The position numbers and the translations under genes are program-made. From assembly GCF_963921235.1 (NCBI RefSeq), contig NC_086108.1, forward strand, positions 1,860,001 through 1,924,000: 64,000 nucleotides of DNA, written 5' to 3'. This document shows positions 37,015 to 49,399 of this stretch, in pieces. Each line of letters opens with the position of its first letter. Within the stretch, counting starts at the first letter, position 1. The stretch is from Mobula hypostoma (Eukaryota). The notes under the pieces are model-generated. The model searched no databases. It was not told the DNA's origin and saw only the letters and a list, made by a program, of their open reading frames with translations.

Positions 37015-37550
37015 TGCCTACTGCCAGGACGAGGCCACACTCAGGTTGGAGGAGCAACACCTTATATTCTGTCTGGGTAGCCTCCAGCCTGGAGGCATGA
37101 ACATCGATTTCTCAAACTTCCGGTAATGCCTCCCCCTCCTCTCCTTCACTATTCCCCATTCCTGTTTAGCTCACTTACTTTATCGCCTCATCTGCCCATA
37201 GCCTGCCTCTAGTGCTCCTCCCCCTCCTTTTCTTCCATGGTCTTCTGTCCTCTCCTATCACATTTTCACTTCTCCAGCCCTTTACCTCTTTCACCAATCA
37301 ACTTCCCAGCTCTTTACTTCACCCCTCCCCTCTCTCTTGGTTTCACCTATCACCTGCCACCTTGTACTTCTTCCTTCTCTACCCCCACCCCCTTACTCTG
37401 ACTCCTTCCTTTCCCATCCCGATGAAAGATCTTAGCCTGAAACCTTGACTGTTTACTCTTTTTCCACAGATGCTGCCTGACCTGCTGAGTTGCTCCAGCA
37501 TTTTGTATCCATTGCTTTGGATTTCCAGCATCTGCAGATTTTCTCTTGTT
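37015..37550 (+). mobile_element. Penelope-like element 3' fragment, about 50 bp from the connexin exon 2 acceptor
   Basis: YCQDEATLRLEEQHLIFCLGSLQPGGMNIDFSNF, then pseudo-LTR ending CCAGCATCTGCAGATTTTCTCTTGTTT. Confidence 0.85.
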
Positions 37551-38749
37551 TACAAAAGAAAAGAGTGGATTTCTTTGACAAAATGGCCCATAGGACTTTG
37601 TGACTAACAAAATTCTTCTGAAGTGTAGATCTTGGGACATCAAATTCTAAAACACTGACTTACTTGTCCTCGCCATCCAAGTTGCTTACCTGAGCCCATG
37701 TTTGGCCCAAATTCCTCTAATCCTTTTAATGCCATTTAGTACCTTTGCTTGTCGTGTCCATTCTGGGCTGCTCATTCACCCTTGGTCCTCACCGGACACT
37801 CAGCTCTCACCTATGGCTCCAAGCAGCTGCTTGCTTGCCATATCAGGCACACCACCCTCCCCTCATCAGTACACCACTTTGACAAGCGGGTTAAACCATG
37901 CGAGGGTAGCCTGTAGGCCTCATACCCCAGTGAGAAAGGGATATGTCTGCTGTAGCCGGTGAAGTCAGCTCCAGTGGGCTGGGCGGATGAGATCTACAGT
38001 GAGATCCAACCGCCAGGAAGGTGGTACTGCAACACTCCTGAGAGAACAAAGGGCATGGCAAAGTGGTACTGCAACTCTCCTTGGAGAGCTTAACGGTCAT
38101 TCTCTGCGACCAAGAAAGACACCAGTTGGTGATGCTTGTTTGTACCACTGGACCTGGACCTCTGAGGCCAAGAGAGTGGAACTGTCCCAGTGCAACTGCT
38201 TTTCCACTTTAAAAACTCCCCGCACAAGTTTCCTGTCAGATATGATGAACAACCAATCATCAAAGCCTTTTAAATTTTGTGATTGTACCTGCTTCTACAA
38301 CCTCCGCTGGCATGTATACACCACCCTTTGTTTGAAAAGGTATTCCTTTCAGATTTCACAGTAGGACTCTGCTCTGTAAATTTGGACTAACCTATCCGGG
38401 GATAAACCCTTTGGCTATTCACCTTATTATTGCCCCTCATGGTTTTATGAACCTCTGCAATATCTCCCCTCAGCCTCTTGCTCCAGGAAAAACAAGTCCC
38501 AGCTTGTCCAGTCTCTCCCTATAACCCAAGCAATATCCTCAAAAGGACAGCATGGCAGCGTAGTGGTTAGCACAATGCTCTACAGTACCAGTGACCCGCG
38601 TTCAATTCCTGCCGCTGCCTATAAGGAGTTTGTACATTCTCCCGACGACTGTGTGGGTTTCTTCCGGTGCTCCCACAGTCCAAAGACGTACAGGTTCGTT
38701 GGTTAATTGGTCATTATGAATTGTCCTGTGATTAGGCTAGGATTAAATT

Positions 38750-39156
38750 GAAGATTGAGGGGGGATCTGATTGAAACGTATAAAATCCTAAAGGGATTGG
38801 ACAGGCTAGATGCAGGAAGATTGTTCCCGATGTTGGGGAAGTCCAGAACGAGGGGCCACAGTTTGAGGATAAAGGGGAAGCCTTTTAGGACCGAGATTAG
38901 GAAAAACTTCTTCACACAGAGAGTGGTGAATCTGTGGAATTCTCTGCCACAGGAAACAGTTGAGGCCAGTTCATTGGCTATATTTAAGAGGGAGTTAGAT
39001 ATGGCCCTTGTGGCTATGGGGATCAGGGGGTTTGGAGGGAAGGCTGGGGCGGGGTTCTGAGTTGGATGATCAGCCGTGATCATAATAAATGGCGGTGCAG
39101 GCTCGAAGGGCCGAATGGCCTACTCCTGCACCTATTTTCTATGTTTCTATGTTTCT
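38750..39156 (+). mobile_element. Young CR1 3' fragment nested in a V-SINE (SINE pieces 38547-38749, 39157-39215, 40462-40473)
   Basis: Open ORF 38755-39060; (TTTCTATG)n tail; SINE sequence resumes at AAATCAGGAGTTGCTGGG. Confidence 0.9.
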
Positions 39157-39215
39157 AAATCAGGAGTTGCTGGGCGGCGTGGCTTGTTGGGCCAGAAAGG
39201 CCTACTCCTCACTGT

Positions 39216-40461
39216 ATAGAAACATAGAAACATAGAAAATAGGTGCAGGAGTAGGCCATTCGGCCCTTCGAGCCTGCACCGCCATTTATTATGATCATGG
39301 CTGATCATCCAACTCAGAACCCAGCCTTCCCTCCATACCCCCTGACCCCTGTAGCCACAAGGGCCATATCTAACTTCCTTTTAAACATAGCTAATGAACT
39401 GGCCTCAACAGTTTGCTGTGGCAGAGAATTCCACAGATTCACCACTCTCTGTGTGAAGAAGTTTTTCCTAACCTCGGTCCTAAAAGGCTTCCCCTCTATC
39501 CTCAAACTGTGACCCCTCGTTCTAGACCTCCCCAACATCGGGAACAATCTTCCCGCATCTAGCCTGTCCAATCCCTTTAGGATCTTATACGTTTCAATCA
39601 GATCCCCCCTCAATCTTCTAAATTCCAACGAGTACAAGCCCAGTTCATCCAGTCTTTCTTCATATGAAAGACCTGCCATCCCAGGAATCAATCTGGTGAA
39701 CCTTCTTTGTACTCCCTCTATGGCAAAGATGTCTTTCCTCAGATTAGGGGACCAAAACTGCACACAATACTCCAGGTGTGGTCTCACCAAGGCCTTGTAC
39801 AACTGCAGTAGTACCTCCCTGCTCCTGTACTCGAATCCTCTCGCTATAAATGCCAGCATACCGTTCGCCTTTTTCACCGCCTGCTGTACCTGCATGCCCA
39901 CTTTCAATGACTGGTGTATAATGACACCCAGGTCTCGTTGCACCTCCCCTTTTCCTAATCAGCCACCATTCAGATAATAATCTGTTTTCCTATTTTTGCC
40001 ACCAAAGTGGATAACTTCACATTTATCCACATTAAATTGCATCTGCCATGAGTTTGCCCACTCACCCAACCTATCCAAGTCACCCTGCATCCTCTTAGCA
40101 TCCTCCTCACTGCTAACACTGCCACCCAGCTTCGTGTCATCCGCAAACTTGGAGATGCTGCATTTAATTCCCTCATCCAAGTCATTAATATATATTGTAA
40201 ACAACTGGGGTCCCAGCACTGAGCCTTGCGGTACCCTACTAGTCACCTCCTGCGATTCTGAAAAGGTCCCGTTTATTCCCACTCTTTGCTTCCTGTCTGC
40301 TAACCAATTCTCCACCCACACCAATACCTTACCCCCAATACCGTGTGCTTTAAGTTTGCACACTAATCTCCTGTGTGGGACCTTGTCAAAAGCCTTTTGA
40401 AAATCCAAATATACCACATCCACTGGTTCTCCCCTATCCACTCTACTAGTTACATCCTCAA
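39216..40461 (-). mobile_element. Young CR1, 5'-truncated, nested in the tail of the same V-SINE
   Basis: ORFs 39959-40460 and 39314-39943 in one frame, separated by one stop; tail (ATAGAAAC)n at 39216. Confidence 0.92.
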
Positions 40462-41024
40462 CCAATAAATAAAGTTGGGTTTTTTGCACCTTCTCAAGTT
40501 TAATGAAATCCTTCATCCTGCAGGGCAACCAGAACTTCATGCAGTACTTGAAATGTGGCCTTACCAGTGTTTTGTACGGCTGTAACATGATCTCCCAACT
40601 CCTGCACTCACTATTCTGACCGACGAGGTCAAGTGTATCAAGTGCTGAAGGAACTCAGCAGGTCAGACCCAAAACATCTATGGAGGGGAATAAACAGCTG
40701 GAGGTACAAGCCAAGATCTTTCTCAGGACTGGAAATAAAGGGGAAAGAGAGAGAGAAGTACAAGGTGGTAGGTGGTAGGTGAAACTGGCAGAGGTGGAGG
40801 GGTAAAGTAAAGAGCTGGGAAGTCAATTGGTGAAAGAGGTAAAGGGCTGGGGAAGGGCGAGTCTGATAGAGAAGACAAAGGTTTTGGAGATGCCCCCCTT
40901 CTTTTTCACCATTCCCCATTCCTGTTTCCCTCTTTAACCTTATCTCTTTACCTGCCCATCACTTCTCTCTGGTGATGTTTTTCTTTGAACTGGTTCCATG
41001 GTTTTAGTGGCTCTCTGCAGCAAG

Positions 41025-42307
41025 GATGGTTGGGGGGTGGGAATCAAATTAAAGAGGCTAGGCATGAGGAGGTTAGTTCACAACAGGGGGATGGGAACCA
41101 GTGCAGAGAGACAGAGGGGTGTAAAGTGAGGGTAGAAGCAAAAAGTACAAAGGAGAAAAGTAAAAGTGGCAGGCCGACAAATCCAGGGCAAGCATTAAAA
41201 AGGGCCACTTTTCAACATAATTGTATAAGGGCTAAGAGAGTTGTAAAACAGCGCCTGAAGGCTTTGTGTGTCAATGCAAGGAGCATTCGTAATAAGGTGG
41301 ATGAATTGAAAGTGCAGATTGTTATTAATGATTATGATATAGTTGGGATCACAGAGACATGGCTCCAGGGTGACCAGGGATGGGAGCTCAACGTTCAAGG
41401 ATATTCAATATTCAGGAGGGATAGACATGAAGGAAGGGGAGGTGGGGTGGCGTTGCTGGTTAAAGAAAAGATTAACGCATTAGAAAGGAAGGACGTAAGC
41501 CGGGAAGATGTGGAATCGATATGGGTAGAGCTGCGTAACACTAAGGGACAGAAGACGCTGGTGGGAGTTGTGTACAGGCCACCTAACAGTAGTAGTGAGG
41601 TCGGAGATGGTATTAAACAGGAAATTAGAAATGTGTGCAATAAAGGAACAGCAGTTATAATGGGTGACTTCAATCTTCATGTAGATTGGGTGAACCAAAT
41701 TGGTAAAGGTGCTGGGGAAGAGGATTTCTTGGAATGTATGCGGGATGGTTTTTTGAACCAACATGTCGAGGAACCAACTAGAGAGCAGGCTATTCTGGAC
41801 TGGGTTTTGAGCAATGAGGAAGGGTTAATTAGCGATCTTGTCGTGAGAGGCCCCTTGGGTAAGAGTGACCATAATATGGTGGAATTCTTCATTAAGATGG
41901 AGAGTGACATAGTTAATTCAGAAACAAAGGTTCTGAACTTAAAGAGGGGTAACTTTGAAGGTATGAGACGTGAATTAGCTAAGATAGACTGGCAAATGAC
42001 ACTTAAAGGATTGACGGTGGATATGCAATGGCAGGCATTTAAAGGTTGCATGGATGAACTACAACAATTGTTCATCCCAGTTTGGCAAAAGAATAAATCA
42101 AGGAAGGTAGTGCACCCGTGGCTGACAAGAGAAATTAGGGATAGTATCAATTCCAAAGAAGAAGCATACAAATTAGCCAGAGAAAGTGGCTCACCTGAGG
42201 ACTGGGAGAAATTCAGAGTTCAGCAGAGGAGGACAAAGGGCTTAATTAGGAAGGGGAAAAAAGATTATGAGAGAAAACTGGCAGGGAACATAAAAAGGGA
42301 CTGTAAA
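41025..42307 (+). mobile_element. Young CR1, 5' part of ORF2 (APE endonuclease)
   Basis: NARSIRNK, DIVGITETW, GGGVALLVK, VYRPP, MGDFN, LDWVL, SDHNMV; frame open until GNIKRDCK. Confidence 0.93.
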
Positions 42308-44131
42308 CATAGAAACATAGAAAATAGGTGCAGGAGTAGGCCATTCGGCCCTTCGAGCCTGCACCGCCATTTACTATGATCGTGGCTGATCATCCAACTC
42401 AGAACCCCGCCCCAGCCTTCCCCCCATACCCCCCGACCCCCGTAGCCACAAGGGCCATATCTAACTCCCTCTTAAATATAGCCAATGAACTGGCCTCGAC
42501 AGTTTCCTGTGGCAGTGAATTCCACAGATTCACCACTCTCTGTGTGAAGAAGTTTTTCCTCATCTCGGTCCTAAAAGGCTTCCCCTCTATCCTCAAACTG
42601 TGACCCCTCGTTCTGGACTTCTCCAACATCGGGAACAATCTTCCTGCATCTAGCCTGTCCAATCCCTTTAGGATCTTATACGTTTCAATCAGATCCCCCC
42701 TCAATCTTCTAAATTCCAACGAGTACAAGCCCAGTTCATCCAGTCTTTCTTCATATGAAAGTCCTGCCATCCCAGGAATCAATCTGGTGAACCTTCTTTG
42801 TACTCCCTCTGTGGCAAAGATGTCTTTCCTCAGATTAGGGGACCAAAACTGCACACAATACTCCAGGTGTGGTCTCACCAAGGCCTTGTACAACTGCAGT
42901 CGTACCTCCCTGCTCCTGTACTCAAATCCTCTCGCTATAAATGCCAGCATACCATTCGCCTTTTTCACCGCCTGCTGTACCTGCATGCCCACTTTCAATG
43001 ACTGGTGTATAATGACACCCAGGTCTCGTTGCACCTCCCCTTTTCCTAATCGGCCACCATTCAGATAATAATCTGTTTTCCTATTTTTGCCACCAAAGTG
43101 GATAACTTCACATTTATCCACATTAAATTGCATCTGCCATGAATTTGCCCACTCACCCAACCTATCCAAGTCACCCCGCATCCTCTTAGCATCCTCCTCA
43201 CTGCTAACACTGCCACCCAGCTTCATGTCATCCGCAAACTTGGAGATGCTGCATTTAATTCCCTCATCCAAGTCATTAATATATATTGTAAACAACTGGG
43301 GTCCCAGCACTGAGCCTTGCGGTACCCCACTAGTCACTGCCTGCCATTCTGAAAAGGTCCCGTTTATTCCCACTCTTTGCTTCCTGTCTGCTAACCAATT
43401 CTCCACCCACACCAATACCTTACCCCCAATACCGTGTGCTTTAAGTTTGCACACTAATCTCCTGTGTGGGACCTTGTCAAAAGCCTTTTGAAAATCCAAA
43501 TATACCACATCCACTGGTTCTCCCCTATCTACTCTGCTAGTTACGTCCTCAAAAAATTCTATGAGATTCGTCAGACATGATTTTCCTTTCACAAATCCAT
43601 GCTGACTTTGTCCGATCATTTCACCGCTTTCCAAATGTGCTGTTATCACGTCCTTGATAACTGACTCCAGCAGTTTCCCCACCACCGACGTTAGGCTAAC
43701 TGGTCTATAATTCCCTGGATTCTCTCTCCCTCCTTTTTTAAAAAGTGGGGTTACATTAGCCACCCTCCAATCCTCAGGAACTAGTCCAGAATCTAATGAG
43801 TTTTGAAAAATTATCACTAATGCATCCACTATTTCTTGGGCTACTTCCTTAAGCACTCTAGGATGCAGACCATCTGGCCCTGGGGATTTATCTGCCTTCA
43901 ATCCCTTCAATTTACCTAACACCACTTCCCTACTAACATGTATTTCGCTCAGTTCCTCCATCTCACTGGACCCTCTGTCCCTTACTATTTCTGGAAGATT
44001 ATTTATGTCCTCCTTAGCGAAGACAGAACCAAAGTAATTATTCAATTGGTCTGCCATGTCCTTGCTCCCCATAATCAATTCACCTGTTTCTGTCTGTAGG
44101 GGACCTACATTTGTCTTTACCAGTCTTTTCC
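42305..44131 (-). mobile_element. Young CR1, RT half of ORF2 plus 3' end, inverted relative to its endonuclease half
   Basis: Open frame RKRLVKTNVGP..KSPGPDGLHP..NYRPVSLTS..YLDFQKAFD..GVPQGSVLGP..FADD..AGAGF*; tail at 42305. Confidence 0.95.
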
Positions 44132-44806
44132 TGCAGGTACAGCAGGCGGTGAAAAAGTCGAATGGTATGCTGGCATTTATAGCGAGAGGATTCGAGTACA
44201 GGAGTAGGGAGGTACTACTGCAGTTGTACAAGGCCTTGGTGAGACCACACCTGGAGTATTGTGTGCAGTTTTGGTCCCCTAATCTGAGGAAAGACATCCT
44301 TGCCATAGAGGGAGTACAAAGGAGGTTCACCAGATTGATTTCTGGGATGGCAGGACTTTCATATGAAGAAAGACTGGATGAACTGGGCTTGTACTCGTTG
44401 GAATTAAGAAGATTGAGGGGGGATCTGATTGAAACGTATAAGATCCTAAAGGGATTGGACAGGCTCGATGCAGGAAAATTGTTCCCGATGTTGGGGAAGT
44501 CCAGAATGAGGGGCCACAGTTTGAGGATAGAGGGGAAGCCTTTTAGGACCGAGATGAGGAAAAACTTCTTCACACAGAGAGTGGTGAATCTGTGGAATTC
44601 TCTGCCACAGGAAACAGTTGAGGCCAGCTCATTGGCTATATTTAAGAGGGAGTTAGATATGGCCCTTGTGGCTACGGGGGTCGGGGGTATGGAGGGAAGG
44701 CTGGGGCGGGGTTCTGAGTTGGATGATCAGCCATGATCATAATAAATGGCGGTGCAGGCTCGAAGGGCCGAATGGCCTACTCCTGCACCTATTTTTCTAT
44801 GTTTCT
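44132..44806 (+). mobile_element. Young CR1 3' fragment (inverted copy of 42308-42985)
   Basis: QVQQAVKK..RPHLEYCVQFWSP; tail TTTTTCTATGTTTCT. Confidence 0.93.
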
Positions 44807-44964
44807 AAGATGAATCTCAGGGTTGCATACTTCTTACATACTTTGATAAAAAATGTACTCTGACTTAGAATCTTTGTGAAAGAGAAGTGAGGGGAAATAT
44901 ACTAAAAGCTTTGTCATGGAGCTCAATTTTACAGAGGATCTTTAACAAGGGACAAGGGAGATTT

Positions 44965-45695
44965 AGGTTCAAAGTTTAAAGTAAAGTTATTATCAAAGTA
45001 CTGTACTTATATGTCACCATACACAACCCCGAAATTCATTTTCTTATGGGCATACTCAATAAAATCTATAGAATAATAACTATAGCAGAATCAATGAAAG
45101 ACCACCCAATCAGAGTGCAGAAGACAACAATCTCTACAAATATAAAAAGAAAGAAAGAATAATAATAAATAAATAAGCAATAAATATCGAGAACATGAGA
45201 TGAAGAGTCCTTGAAAATGAGTCCATAGGTTGTGGGAACATTTCAAAGATGGGGCAAGTGACGTTACTCTCTTTGGTTCAAGAGCCTGATGGTTGAGGGG
45301 TAATAACTGTTCCCGAACCTGGTGGTGTGGGTTCTGAGACTCCTGTACCTTCTCCCTGATGGCAGCAGTGAGAAGAGAGCATGGCCTGGGTGATGGGCTG
45401 CCCCTAGTGATGGATGCTGCTTTCCTGTGATAACACTTTGTCAAGTATGGCTGAAGGGGTTCTTCAAAGTTCAAAGTAAATTTATTATCAAAGTAAATAC
45501 AAAGAAACAACAAAAACAAGCAAAATAATGATAAATAAACAAGCAATAACTATTGATCACATGAGATGAAGAGTCCTTGAAAGTGAGTCCATTGGTTGTG
45601 GGAACATTTCATTAATGGGGCAAGGGAAGTTAAGTGATGTTATCCCCTTTGGTTTAAGAGCCTGATGGTTGAAGGGTAATTGCTGTTCTTGAACA
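44965..45695 (-). mobile_element. Two Rex1/Babar-derived 3' fragments
   Basis: Shared ..AATAAATTTACTTTGAAC tail and CCCTCAACCATCAGGCTCTTGAACC, also seen at 8862-9177 and 20340-20660. Confidence 0.7.
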
Positions 45696-47746
45696 TGAAT
45701 TCCAGGGTTTTGGATCCAAAGTTATGGTTGCCAATGGTGGAGAAATTATATTAAGGAAGTGCATGGCCCAGAGATCGAGGAACAGAGAGATGTCGGAGCA
45801 ATTCCAGCAATGAAGTCCACAGAGAGATGAGAATTTTAGAACAGAGTGTTGAATAATATCCAAGTAACATCTTGTAATTCATTCATCCGGGAAAATAGCT
45901 TCTGTGTTTTGACCTTGAATCAGTGAACCACGCTGCTCACCTCTGCCCATTTCCTTTGTTTCATGAGCACCATGTGTTCAATGCTCCACAGACCCCGATT
46001 ACTGTTTGAGTCGAATGCTGTAACTGCATCACATCATGTTCTGCAGGTGGCCTTGCGTTGTACATCATTGTTAATTGTAATGCTGCCAGATGATCCTCAG
46101 CATATCTTTCCTCTGACAGAACGTCATGAATTTGTCCATTTTCATGAACTGGAGAAAACTGAAAAGGTCGTCGGTGGGATACTGAGGGAGTGCCACACTG
46201 CCAGTGATACCATCAGCTTTCTCATGAGATAGCAATGGTTCAACAATATCAGAGAATGTATACAGTATACAACCTGAAATCCTTACTCTTCACAGCCATC
46301 CATAAAACAGACGAAAACTCCAAAGAATGAATGACAGGAATATCAGAAACCCAAAGACCCCTCTCCCCTTCTTGGGCACAAGCAGCAGCAGGACGATCAA
46401 CCCTCTCCCTACTTGCTCCAGCAAAAGCACTGACCCCTTGCAGCAAAGTCCCCAAAGAGACCATGATCAGAATCCATCAAAACTACAGTTCCATTCCAAA
46501 ACATCAGTATTTCAGACAGGCTCTCTCTCTTTCTCAACAACGAGGAAGAGAGAGGTTGCTTTTGCAAGACTCTGCTCTCAAAACAGACACCTTTTTTAGA
46601 ATTAGAGCAGTGAGTTCTCAATGTCCTGAGCTAAGTTTATTCCTCAATTAATGGCACCAAATGAAAGACTATTAGCATATGGTTGTTTGTTATGTACCAC
46701 GTCTATCATGATCATAACCATAGTTGTTTTTGGCCAATTTTTCTACAGAAGTGGTTTGACATTGCCTTCTTCTGGTCAGTGTGTTTACAAGGCAGGTGAC
46801 CCCACCCCTGTAGCCATTATTAATACCAGGACGAAATTTGCACCAGCTGCTCGTACAATCATCCACCTCCTGCTCCCATGGCTTCCTGTGACCCTGATCG
46901 GGAGTGGGGGCGCGAGGCAGTTGGCTAAGCAGGTGCTGCACCTTGCCCAAGGGTGACCTTACACCTCCCTTGGTAGAGATGTATCTCCACCCTGCCACCC
47001 CTATTAACATACACAAGATTTTCACAGCCGGGGGCGGGGGGGGGTGATGGGGGTTAGTACAGATAAGCACCCACTACCTATTAAATGCTCCCAAAGGTGT
47101 GGTGCACCCCAAATAGTCGCTGACGATCAAGTCCAGCTCCTGGCCTTCACAGTTGGCTTAGTTACTTAGCCCAGCAGAACTGTTTCTACTGACAGGCGAA
47201 GGGGCAAAGGCAGATTACTGGTGCCTTAAAACGAGTCACTTCAGGCAGATGAGGCTCATCAGCTGTGGTTGGCAGCTCTTTCTCAAACCTGCACTACCTT
47301 GTGGCTATACCCAATCATGGAGAAGGCTTTGGAAGTAAATCCAGAACAAAAATCCCGGGCTGGTGTTCCCATGGCCATCCTACATGGAGTTCAACACCAA
47401 CTGGCAACTCCTCCGATGCCGCTGGTGCCAGACAGTATCATTCTCTGGCATTCCCCATTCCTTTGGATTCCTCAGATGTGTGGAGAGGGGATCTTGCTAT
47501 ATGGGAGCAACTCGCTCTCCATATTGTACTCCCTGGCTTGAGTATACATTTAACCAATTTCCCCTGGATTAATAAAGCATGACTATGACTAGATAGAATG
47601 TAACATCCATAGTTGAATCCAACCAACAGAGAGCCTCACAACACATGACTGAGGAACTCAGCAGCTCAGGTGATTGGTGGAAGAGTGAAGAAGGAATCTG
47701 ATAGGAGAGGAGAGTGGGCCATGTGATAAAGAGAAAGAGGAGAAGT

Positions 47747-48190
47747 CGCGCTTCTCTAACTTCTGCTAATGCCCCACCTCCCCCTCGTACCCCATCTGTT
47801 ATTTATTTTTATACACACATTCTTTCTCTCACTCTCCTTTTTCTCCCTCTGTCCCTCTGAATATACCCCTTGCCCATCCTCTGGGTTCCCCCCCACTGTC
47901 TTTCTTCCCGGACCTCCTGTCCCATGATCCTCTCGTATCCCTTTTGCCAATCACCTGTCCAGCTCTTGGCTCCATCCCTCCCCCTCCTGTCTTCTATCAT
48001 TTTGGATCTCCCCCTTCCCCTCCAACTTTCAAATCTCTTACTCACTCTTCCTTCAGTTAGTCCTGACGAAGGGTCTCGGCCCGAAACATCGACTGTACCT
48101 CTTCCTAGAGATGCTACCTGGCCTGCTGCGTTCACCAGCAACTTTGGTGTGTGTTGCTTGAATTTCCAGCATCTGCAGAATTCCTGTTGT
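47747..48190 (+). mobile_element. Young Penelope-like pseudo-LTR
   Basis: Pyrimidine-rich pseudo-LTR; its 3' part is near-identical to the arms of the fold-back insertions. Confidence 0.85.
48059..48094 (+). ncRNA. Minimal type I hammerhead ribozyme motif (Penelope type), best-preserved copy
   Basis: Stem I AGTC/GACT; core CTGACGA(+A); stem II GGGT[CTCG]GCCC; GAAA; AUC triplet (GUC in other copies). Activity not demonstrated. Confidence 0.75.
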
Positions 48191-48489
48191 TTGCTATCAA
48201 TACATTGTTGTTTGTGGGATCCTGTATTGCTCATGCTGTAACTACACTCCATTGGCCATAACACTCTTTGGGATGCTCTGATGTACCAACCTGCATGCCT
48301 GAGATACTGCTGCAAATATTTCCTTGGACCTGTACCTCGCTGTCCTTGATGATAAACTCATCTTGATGTGAATTTATTGCAAGAGGTACTACAGAAATAC
48401 AAGTTACTCTCTGTAGTATGGATAAGGAAAGGATTAAATACACCTCTTTGGTGTATGCTAAAATGTTTAACACAAAACAGGAAAACATT

Positions 48490-49248
48490 ATTATCTGAAT
48501 AGTGGCCGATTAGGAAAAGGGGAGGTGCAACGAGACCTGGGTGTCATTATACACCAGTCATTGAAAGTGGGCATGCAGGTACAGCAGGTGGTGAAAAAGG
48601 CGAATGCTATGCTGGCATTCATAGCAAGAGGATTCGAGTACAGGAGCAGGGAGGTACTACTGCAGTTGTACAAGGCCTTGGTGAGATCACACCTGGAGTA
48701 TTGTGTGCAGTTTTGGTCCCCTAATCTGAGGAAAGACATCCTTGCCATAGAGGGAGTACAAAGAAGGTTCACCAGATTGATTCCTGGGATGGCAAGATTT
48801 TCATAAGATGAAAGACTGGATTGACTAGGCTTATACTGTCTGGAATTTAGAAGATTGAAGGGGGGATCTTATCGATACGTATAAAATTCTAAAGGGATTA
48901 GACAGGCTAGATGCAGGAAGGTTGTTCCCGATGTTGGGGAAGTCCAGAACGAGGGGTCACAGTTTGACGATAAAGGGGAAGCCTTTTAGGACCGAGATTA
49001 GGAAAAACTTCTTCACACAGAGAGCGGTGAATCTGTGGAATTCTCTGCCACAGGAAACAGTTGAGGCCAGTTCATTGGCTATATTTACGAGGGAGTTAGA
49101 TATGGCCCTTGTGGCTAAAGGGATCGGGGGTATGGGGGGAAGGCAGGCACAGGGTTCTGAGTTGGATGATCAGCCATGATCATACTGAATGGCGGTGCAG
49201 GCTCAAAGGGCCAATTGGCCTACTTCTGCACCTATTTTCTATGTTTCT
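48490..49248 (+). mobile_element. Young CR1 3' fragment, same subfamily as 38750-44806
   Basis: QRDLGVIIHQSLKVGMQVQQ..; TTTTCTATGTTTCT tail. Confidence 0.9.
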
Positions 49249-49399
49249 AAAATGGAAGATTGTAAGACAAAATGGTGTTAGTTCGGGATGTGGGAATACT
49301 TGAGAAAGTGCATGGGAACCAATCCAGAGCCATGTTTTGAGAACTTAGTGTGAGTACCAGAATACAGTCTTGAGAGTAGGTAATGGTAACAATCTGTTT

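Noticed and set aside
42399..44573. 724-aa ORF as a novel gene
   Set aside because: Chimeric: the first 147 aa or so are the antisense reading of the CR1 fragment 44132-44806, running into the inverted RT half.
41025..44806. Twin-priming 5' inversion as the explanation of the CR1 structure
   Set aside because: Twin priming joins the pieces head-to-head with a single 3' end. Here the 5' half abuts a 3' tail and there are two 3' ends.
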